Under the pieces are notes generated by a model. The model did not search any database. It saw only the letters and a list, made by a program, of their open reading frames with translations, and was not told the origin of the DNA. Positions 57,198 to 64,000 of a DNA stretch of 64,000 nucleotides are shown here, in pieces. This DNA is from a candidate division WWE3 bacterium. Its GTDB lineage: Bacteria > Patescibacteriota > 4484-211 > GCA-002791395. How positions within the stretch are numbered: the first letter of the stretch is position 1; each line of letters opens with the position of its first letter. Made by a program: the position numbers and the translations under genes. The stretch covers positions 5,960 through 69,959 of the forward strand of contig JAAXWF010000003.1 of the NCBI GenBank assembly GCA_013335095.1, read 5' to 3'.

Positions 57198-58670
57198 ATG
57201 AGCACAAAACCGTCTTCTTCAACACGTTCAAAACCTGCATTTGGTTATATGATATTGCGGGGCACTGCCTTAGTCGTTGTCAGTGATTATCTTGTGTATG
57301 CGTTGAATTTTGTTCGTGGAATAATATTAGCCCGATTATTGGCTCCTGAGTTTTTTGGTTTAATGGCAATGGCCGAATTTTTCCGTTCAATGTTGGGTCA
57401 GTCCGCCGGAATCGGATTTGATCAAGCGCTCATTCAGCGGCAGGAAAAACTAGAAGTCGCATATAACGGGTATTATCTGATGATAAACATTCTCACAATA
57501 ATTTCGTTTATTGTGACGCTTTCTTTGCGTCAAGTCTTTCTACATTTTTATGATCCACTTATGTATAAAGTTTTGGTTGTCTTAATGGGCCTTTTAGTTA
57601 TTCAAACATTAAGTTCAACGCACATTACCTATTTGCGAAAGAATTTATCTTTTGGTCGAATAAGCATAATAATATTAGTAAGTTCATTGCTGGCTTTTGT
57701 CGTTTCGGTTTACGGAGCAATGCATGAGTGGGGCGTTTGGTCTTTGGTCTCGGTGACAGCCAGCACTACGATTGGAATTTCGGTTCTCGGTTGGATACTT
57801 TGTCCGTGGAAATTAACCTGGAAATTCGATCGTGATGTAAATAAATCATTATTAACGTTTGGCGGGATGGTTTTATTAGGCAACTTCTTTGCGTTTTTGA
57901 TGTCCCAATTTGATGACTTTCTCGTTGGGCAATATACTACATTTGTTATTCTCGGATATTATTCTAAAGCGTATGGGTTGGCGCAACAGCCGTTGGCTCT
58001 CTTTTCTCAAGTTATAAATAAAATATCAGGTCCACTGATTGCGACCGTTCAAAATGATCACTCAAAACTTAGCAAAAGCATGAACCTAACGATCGGTTCG
58101 GTATTTAAGGGTACTATATTTTTAGGGATGGTGCTCTTCATGTGGGCACCTCAAATTACGTCGCTTCTGATTGGTGAACAGTGGTTACCGATGGTCCCAT
58201 TGCTCAGAGGATTGATCGTGTACTTAATTGCACAGCCAATTTGGGATTTAGTCGGTTCATTGTTTACTTACATCGGTAAACCTCAAATATATGTTTTGGG
58301 ACAAGCGATACAGGCAATTATGTTAATTGTCTTAGGATGGATAACGGTGCGTAATTTCGGTGCATATGGAATGTCGATCATTGTGAGTATTATCGTTCTT
58401 AGTATTACCATTCTGTTCCTTATTCGGGCTGCATCATTTATCCAGATTGATTGGTGGAATACTTTTTTTGCGCCGATTATCGCCGTTTTTCTGAGTGCAT
58501 TTGGCAGTTGGTATTTAATTACTCCTCTAGACCAGAACTCGATTATCTTTTGGATCGGAATTGCCATTATCCCGACTTGCCTGTATGTGGCCTTATTATT
58601 CTTGTTGCAAGGAAAATCGTTACGAGATGACTTCAATCTATTACTTAATGTAGCACGTAAGAAAAACTAA
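57198..58670 (+). CDS. wzx: Wzx-type oligosaccharide flippase
   Basis: ILARLLAPEFFGL, G...ALIQ, WGVWSLV, DDFLVG, LGYYSKAY; 12-14 TMs. Confidence 0.88.
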   Translation: MSTKPSSSTRSKPAFGYMILRGTALVVVSDYLVYALNFVRGIILARLLAPEFFGLMAMAEFFRSMLGQSAGIGFDQALIQRQEKLEVAYNGYYLMINILTIISFIVTLSLRQVFLHFYDPLMYKVLVVLMGLLVIQTLSSTHITYLRKNLSFGRISIIILVSSLLAFVVSVYGAMHEWGVWSLVSVTASTTIGISVLGWILCPWKLTWKFDRDVNKSLLTFGGMVLLGNFFAFLMSQFDDFLVGQYTTFVILGYYSKAYGLAQQPLALFSQVINKISGPLIATVQNDHSKLSKSMNLTIGSVFKGTIFLGMVLFMWAPQITSLLIGEQWLPMVPLLRGLIVYLIAQPIWDLVGSLFTYIGKPQIYVLGQAIQAIMLIVLGWITVRNFGAYGMSIIVSIIVLSITILFLIRAASFIQIDWWNTFFAPIIAVFLSAFGSWYLITPLDQNSIIFWIGIAIIPTCLYVALLFLLQGKSLRDDFNLLLNVARKKN

Positions 58671-59392
58671 AATTTTATACCTAATACCGGAAGGACTTTC
58701 TTTAATATATTTCTCACAGGTTGTGGAAATTTGATTTTTCTGAGAGTGAAATAGATATCAGTACTCATCACTTTATAAACGTTTTGCACTCGTTCTAATG
58801 GAGTTATTGAGGCGACTTTTTCAAATACTGTTATTGTATCTATAAAGTGAATGTTACGAATGTGTTGAGAAGAAAGACCCGTTTCTTTGACTACTCGCCA
58901 AGGACCTTCCCAATCACTTGTTGTATCGTGAAGTGCAATAAATCCGCCGTTTACAATTTTGGGAAACCAATCGTTCAAGTCATTTCGTACGGCTTCATAT
59001 TCATGTGCTCCATCAATAAAAATTACTTCAACCGGCTGATTATATTCTCGTGCTGCTTCATAAGAAGGCTTTACTATTGGTTCCACTAATTCACTGATTT
59101 GTGCATCTTGAATATTTTTCTTGAATTCATCAAATGTCGAAAAATCACCCATCTCACGTTTATGTTCTGGGGAACCGGTGTGAGGATCTATTGCAACGAT
59201 TTTAACCTTATGCCCAGCCTTTGAACCTAATCCTAAACAAATTGTAGATTTACCTTTCCATGAACCGATCTCAACGATCGATCCTTTTCCAGTCGCTTTA
59301 TGTGCAAGATTGTACAATGTTTCTGCTTCTCTTATGGTCAGCCATCCATCTACTGTATCAATAACTTTTTGTAATTCTTCTCGTATTGGCAT
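58667..59392 (-). CDS. Class I SAM methyltransferase (Methyltransf_24-like)
   Basis: GWLT..E, VEIGSWKGKST, IDPH, FIDGAHEYE, GG..ALHD. Confidence 0.9.
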   Translation of the reverse strand: MPIREELQKVIDTVDGWLTIREAETLYNLAHKATGKGSIVEIGSWKGKSTICLGLGSKAGHKVKIVAIDPHTGSPEHKREMGDFSTFDEFKKNIQDAQISELVEPIVKPSYEAAREYNQPVEVIFIDGAHEYEAVRNDLNDWFPKIVNGGFIALHDTTSDWEGPWRVVKETGLSSQHIRNIHFIDTITVFEKVASITPLERVQNVYKVMSTDIYFTLRKIKFPQPVRNILKKVLPVLGIKF

Positions 59393-60178
59393 TTAATACA
59401 CTCCTCCAATTGTTGCATGATCCATTATCGGAAGTTGTTTTCGCAGAACTAAACCAAAGTTATGACCACGATTTGTTATCTGTAAATCTTCAGGGATTTG
59501 ACGACTAAAATCAAAAAATGCTGTGTTATGGAATAAATCATCACTAGCAACAATACCTCCAACAGGAATATACGGCCATGCGGTAAGATATTCCCACATT
59601 TGGTGGACGTAACTATGGTCAGAATCATGATAGAAGAAATCTACTTTACCTAACTTTGCCAATAAAGAGGGAAGCTCGGTGATAAGTTCTGCATCAATAA
59701 ACGTCCATCGATGCTTTAATTCTTCTGGAACTAAAAAGCCACTGGATAGATTATTCGTCTTTATCCAATCACCATCGATTCTTTTATCAACACTGTGAAG
59801 ATGACCTTTATTATTTTTTTCCAGCGCATACAGAATTAATGAAGCCGTTGTCCCGGTTGCACAGCCCGTTTCTACCACAATTTCTGGTTGTTGGATACGG
59901 ATGGTGGCATAGAGTAAGGGCACCCAAGTTTGGCTACCTAATATGAAATCTTCATAAGTGGGATGAATAAATTGTTTATATTGGGCAACTGTTTTTTTTA
60001 GTCCTTCAAAATTACGGAGTTCTTGTTGGTATTGATCCCAATCTGATTGTACTTTTTCGGGTGTTTGAGGGGTCGAATATAACGAACTCAAAAACTCAAC
60101 ATCATTTTTCTGGCCGAGTTTTAGCGTTGCTTGCCACCAATATCGATAAATCGTGCTTTTTCCAAATTCACTAGGCAT
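59393..60178 (-). CDS. Class I SAM methyltransferase (Methyltransf_24-like)
   Basis: VVETGCATG, GHLHSVD, FYHDSDHSY, GG..ASDD. Confidence 0.88.
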   Translation of the reverse strand: MPSEFGKSTIYRYWWQATLKLGQKNDVEFLSSLYSTPQTPEKVQSDWDQYQQELRNFEGLKKTVAQYKQFIHPTYEDFILGSQTWVPLLYATIRIQQPEIVVETGCATGTTASLILYALEKNNKGHLHSVDKRIDGDWIKTNNLSSGFLVPEELKHRWTFIDAELITELPSLLAKLGKVDFFYHDSDHSYVHQMWEYLTAWPYIPVGGIVASDDLFHNTAFFDFSRQIPEDLQITNRGHNFGLVLRKQLPIMDHATIGGVY

Positions 60179-60243
60179 TACTCTGTGAACTATAACATAC
60201 CCGTTAAGTGTGGTAAAGTTTTTATAATGTTACTGATTCTTAC

Positions 60244-61134
60244 ATGAGATTCTCTGTTGTATTAGCTACCTACAATCGATTGGAGTTATTAAAAGAATGT
60301 TTAGACTCATTATTTAGTCAAACCATGAGTCACGATGAGTTTGAAGTTATCGTTATTGATAATGGATCAACCGATGGTAGCCTCGATTATTTATCTTCAT
60401 TACAACAGTCGGTATTAGCCACCCGTAATGTCTCGTTTAAATTCATATCTTTACAAGCGAATCCTGGTCCAGCAATTGCTCGAAACAGGGGAATTCAGAT
60501 AGCTCAAGGTGATATTGTTGCAATGACTGATGATGATTGTGTACCTCCGTTAAATTGGCTTGAAAAGATTGATGATGGATTTAAAAGATATCCCGAAGTT
60601 ATTGGTGTTACTGGTTTTCAACAAGCACACCCCAAGGTTCTTGCTTCCAATCTAATTGCACAGTACGAGCGGTATCAAACTCGGGAGATGTATCATGCAA
60701 AGGATCGCGAGATCGTTGGGGGCTGGGATGTTCCGGCTGGAGTTACCAATAATGTTGCCTTTAAAAGATCCGTACTCATCGAAGTAAATGGATTCGACGA
60801 ACATTTTCCAGTTGCTGCTGGTGAAGATGCCGATCTAAAAAAACAAATTACTGATAAAGGTTACAAGATTTTGTATATACCGATCGGCGTTGAACATCAC
60901 CAGGAGTATTCACTTAAACGATTTTTGCATCAGCAGTATATTCGAGGAATCGGCGCTCGGCACTTTCGTCGGAAATGGGAGGGATATGATACGATAAATT
61001 GGTTATTGGTAGTAAAATCAGTACCTAAGTTTTTTATGACATTAATTCAGACAAAAAATCCTCAATTTGCGGGTCTAGAGTTTCTAGGAAGAATTTGGAT
61101 GTTTCGGGGAGAACTGAAAGGAGCAAAGAAATGA
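60244..61134 (+). CDS. GT2 glycosyltransferase
   Basis: SVVLATYNR, IDNGSTDGS, GPAIARNRG, TDDDC, GFDE.F..AAGED. Confidence 0.92.
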   Translation: MRFSVVLATYNRLELLKECLDSLFSQTMSHDEFEVIVIDNGSTDGSLDYLSSLQQSVLATRNVSFKFISLQANPGPAIARNRGIQIAQGDIVAMTDDDCVPPLNWLEKIDDGFKRYPEVIGVTGFQQAHPKVLASNLIAQYERYQTREMYHAKDREIVGGWDVPAGVTNNVAFKRSVLIEVNGFDEHFPVAAGEDADLKKQITDKGYKILYIPIGVEHHQEYSLKRFLHQQYIRGIGARHFRRKWEGYDTINWLLVVKSVPKFFMTLIQTKNPQFAGLEFLGRIWMFRGELKGAKK

Positions 61135-61781
61135 GTAAGGCACTGTGGGAAAGCGTTTCTCGACCTGCACCAGGAAAAATAAAAGATATCGATACGTATG
61201 TATCTGGCAATACGCTCTTGGATATCGGGTGTGCTCAAGGATGGTATGCTCAGCACGCGATGAAAAAGGGCATGAAGGTTCTTGGCACTGATCTGGAAAA
61301 TTTTATGGTGGTTAAAGATGTTCCATTTCAACAAATTTCATTTGGACAGGTTGATCCAGGTGGAGATCGTACCTTTGATACGGTGCTTATGTATGACGTT
61401 TTAGAACACATTGTTGATGAAGATGATGCGCTAAGACAGTTACAAAAAATATGTAATAAGCGTTTGCTGTTATCGGTTCCAAACGCTGATGATAAAAATT
61501 TAACCGATTATAATGTAACGTTAACCAACCGTAAGGACATGACTCATCAGCGGTATTACACACCCGATTATCTACGAAAAAAACTTGCTGAGCACGGATT
61601 TGAAGTAATTCATATGCGGTACGATGGCGCTGTTTTACCCGGAATTATTGGTGAGTTCATTCGTCCAAAGTTACTCGGTAAGGTTATCAGTAAAATTTTC
61701 AACAAATTATTATTTATCGGAGCATTAAAGAGCCCTTATTTTGGCGATTTGTATGTTGTGGCAGATAAAAAACACTCATGA
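61131..61781 (+). CDS. Class I SAM methyltransferase
   Basis: LLDIGCAQG, FDTVLMYDVLEHI, SVPN, H.R.YT; ATGA overlap with the upstream gene. Confidence 0.88.
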   Translation: MSKALWESVSRPAPGKIKDIDTYVSGNTLLDIGCAQGWYAQHAMKKGMKVLGTDLENFMVVKDVPFQQISFGQVDPGGDRTFDTVLMYDVLEHIVDEDDALRQLQKICNKRLLLSVPNADDKNLTDYNVTLTNRKDMTHQRYYTPDYLRKKLAEHGFEVIHMRYDGAVLPGIIGEFIRPKLLGKVISKIFNKLLFIGALKSPYFGDLYVVADKKHS

Positions 61782-62959
61782 GTAAAAGATTGTTCTATTT
61801 TATTCAAGATCCTTATTATGGTGGCGGTCTTAAATCGATGAATGCGTTCATTGAACAATTCTTAGTGAAGCGTGGGGTTATGTTTAGTCAGGTTTTTTTG
61901 TCGGCCCAGAAAGCTTTGTCGTTAAACCGGATACTATCCTTAAAACTTCGATTAAATCATGAGGTAATCGACAAACCATTTCGCAAGGTGTTTGTTTCAT
62001 CGTTTCCCTATATTGAACCTTTGGCATTTGTTTTGCCGCGGCATTTTTTACAAAAAGAGATTAAACAGCATGATTTCTTTTTTGGCGTGACGGGTTATGC
62101 TACACCGCTGTATTTTTTTAAATGTGCTGGTGTTTCATATAAAATGTGGTTAGCCACAACGCTCGATTCAGAAAAAAAGGCTCAGCCGAAATTCACTAAT
62201 TTCCGCCAAAAAGTTGTCCACTTTTTAAATAGTCTATTTATTCCGTTATCTCGATATCAGGAGAAGCAAGCTTTATTAGGTGCGTCAAAAATATATACCT
62301 TAAGTACTCAGTCGAAAAAAGAGATGGTTGAAATCGGTGTTCCCGAAGATCGAATCGAAATTATGTGTCCTCCCGTTGATACTAAAAAATTTATTCCACC
62401 ACAGGATGAACACTTTCGTGAGCCGATTATGCTGTGTGTATGTCGACTCGATGATCCTCGAAAAAATATTCCCTTACTGTTAGACGCATATGCTTTAATA
62501 AAAAATGATTGCCCGGAGTATCGATTAGTACTAGCGGGACCGTATGATAAAACCGTAGTTGATATGGTTGCTGAACGTCAGTTAGAATCTTCGGTTGAAC
62601 TTATTGGACTACAAACTCAAGAGCAACTGGTTCTGTTGTATCAAAAAGCTGCGTTTTTTGTTCTGTCTTCTCGCCAAGAGGGCTTCGGAATCGTCCTTGC
62701 TGAAGCTATGGCAGCAGGTCTTCCGGTTATTTCTACAAAAAGTGGCGGTCCAGAAGATGTGGTTGTCGATGGACAAACCGGTTATTTAGTTGATCATGAG
62801 ATCAATTCATTAGCCGAGAAAATGAAAGCTTTAGCCACCGATGCAAGTAAGCGTGAGTTGTTTGGGAAAAACTCTTTAGAACGAGTTCGGTCGTTATATT
62901 CATATGATGCTGTCGAAGCACAGCTTGAAGATATTTTTGCTGACGTATTACCTTCCTAA
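61778..62959 (+). CDS. GT4 glycosyltransferase
   Basis: PPVDT, RLDDPRKN, SSRQEGFGIVLAEAMAAGLPVI. Confidence 0.92.
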   Translation: MSKRLFYFIQDPYYGGGLKSMNAFIEQFLVKRGVMFSQVFLSAQKALSLNRILSLKLRLNHEVIDKPFRKVFVSSFPYIEPLAFVLPRHFLQKEIKQHDFFFGVTGYATPLYFFKCAGVSYKMWLATTLDSEKKAQPKFTNFRQKVVHFLNSLFIPLSRYQEKQALLGASKIYTLSTQSKKEMVEIGVPEDRIEIMCPPVDTKKFIPPQDEHFREPIMLCVCRLDDPRKNIPLLLDAYALIKNDCPEYRLVLAGPYDKTVVDMVAERQLESSVELIGLQTQEQLVLLYQKAAFFVLSSRQEGFGIVLAEAMAAGLPVISTKSGGPEDVVVDGQTGYLVDHEINSLAEKMKALATDASKRELFGKNSLERVRSLYSYDAVEAQLEDIFADVLPS

Positions 62960-63001
62960 TAATTATCAACGCACATGATATTATGATAGAGATATTAACG
63001 T

Positions 63002-64000
63002 ATGTGCGGAATCGCTGGAATATATCATTATCATAATCAATTAAACGCCCAGCCTGAAATCCTCGAAGCGATGGCCAATGAAATTAAACATCGCGGCCCA
63101 AATAATTCCGGAGTTTTTACCCACGGTCCCGGTGGCCTGGCTTATCGTCGTTTGTCGATTATTGATACAAAAGAACAAGATCAGCCGATCTTAACGAATG
63201 AGGATCAAACATTACGGATATCCTTTAACGGTGAAATATATAACTTTCCCGAATTAAAGGAAGAACTGTTAGCTAAGGGACATCGATTTTATACCGGCAC
63301 CGATACCGAGATGGTGTTACATCTGTATGAAGAAAAGGGAATTGATTGTGTTAAACGGTTAAACGGTATATTTGCATTTGCCATCTTGGACTTAAGAGAT
63401 AATTCAATGTTTGTTGCTCGTGATCAGATGGGTATTAAGCCGCTTTATTACACCGAGTTCGATAATAAAATCGCATTCGCTTCCGAAATCAAATCATTAC
63501 TTACTCTTCCGAATTTACCTCGCCATGTTGACCCGTATGCAATGAATTTGTATTTCAAATATCGTTTTGTTCCGGATCCATTAACAATGTTTGATGGAAT
63601 CTACAAACTTCCTCCAGGCCATTGTATGAAAATTAGCGAAAATGGAAAAAAGATCGTAAAGTATTATGACCTCCGCTCTCGGTTTTATGCATCGGATTCT
63701 CGGTATGCGGGTAAGATAAAATCCGAAGCCGAGGCTATTTCATTAATTAGGGAGGTCGTAAAAGATGCGGTTAAGCGACAATTGCTTGCCGATGTACCTC
63801 TCGGAGCCTTTTTGTCAGGAGGCCTTGATAGTTCAATTGTAGTTGGGATTATGTCGCAGCTCGGGTCTGATCCGGTAAAAACATTTTCGATTGGTTTTTC
63901 TGAAAATGAATACGACGAACTCTCTTTTGCCAAGCAGATAGGTCAACGATATGGCACCGACCATCATGAGATTATCTTGTCGCCAGATCATGTTAAGTCA
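63002..64000 (+). CDS. asnB: Asparagine synthase (glutamine-hydrolysing)-like amidotransferase; runs off the window
   Basis: Hand-translated: MCGIAGI, HRGP, RRLSIID, FNGEIYNF, ARDQMGIKPLYY, FASEIK, ADVPLGAFLSGGLDSS. Not in the ORF track because it is open at the edge. Confidence 0.93.
   Translation, partial: MCGIAGIYHYHNQLNAQPEILEAMANEIKHRGPNNSGVFTHGPGGLAYRRLSIIDTKEQDQPILTNEDQTLRISFNGEIYNFPELKEELLAKGHRFYTGTDTEMVLHLYEEKGIDCVKRLNGIFAFAILDLRDNSMFVARDQMGIKPLYYTEFDNKIAFASEIKSLLTLPNLPRHVDPYAMNLYFKYRFVPDPLTMFDGIYKLPPGHCMKISENGKKIVKYYDLRSRFYASDSRYAGKIKSEAEAISLIREVVKDAVKRQLLADVPLGAFLSGGLDSSIVVGIMSQLGSDPVKTFSIGFSENEYDELSFAKQIGQRYGTDHHEIILSPDHVKS

Noticed and set aside
1-64000. Alternative genetic code (TGA read-through, code 25)
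   Set aside because: Conserved genes translate fully in code 11, several end in TGA, and RF2 is present.

Overview
The window looks like a compact, AT-rich (roughly 35-40% GC by eye) chromosome segment of a Patescibacteria/CPR bacterium, most likely Microgenomates-like. That assignment is an inference from the short IF-2, the RodZ-Ig/DUF948/YtxH/FtsK block, rpoBC detached from the ribosomal protein genes, convergent gene overlaps and pervasive leaderless starts. Genetic code 11 fits (RF2 present, TGA stops used). From left to right: (1) a 5 kb high-GC island with two secreted Thr/Pro-linker proteins and a class F-like sortase, each transcription unit led by a similar AT-rich promoter and a structured boxA-like leader; (2) a C50 carotenoid cluster; (3) three tRNA-Ser genes interleaved with cargo genes (CBS protein + ion transporter, class II photolyase, adenylate-forming enzyme + membrane acyltransferase); (4) housekeeping genes gap, tpiA, LCP, holA, rpsT, murJ, ftsK, rpoC, rpoB, infB, mltG; (5) a PAS pseudo-kinase followed by six cohesin-like/dockerin surface protein genes; (6) nusA, dnaJ-dnaK-grpE-hrcA, hsp20, trpS, prfB; (7) the start of a surface polysaccharide locus. 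The three strongest novelty candidates are an RNA polymerase whose active centre is rewritten (AGDFDGD instead of NADFDGD, plus altered trigger loop, bridge helix and beta-subunit motifs), an enzyme-free scaffoldin-like cohesin-dockerin cluster with sortase anchors, and the high-GC SD-led island with a shared structured leader. All calls come from reading motifs by eye; no searches were run.
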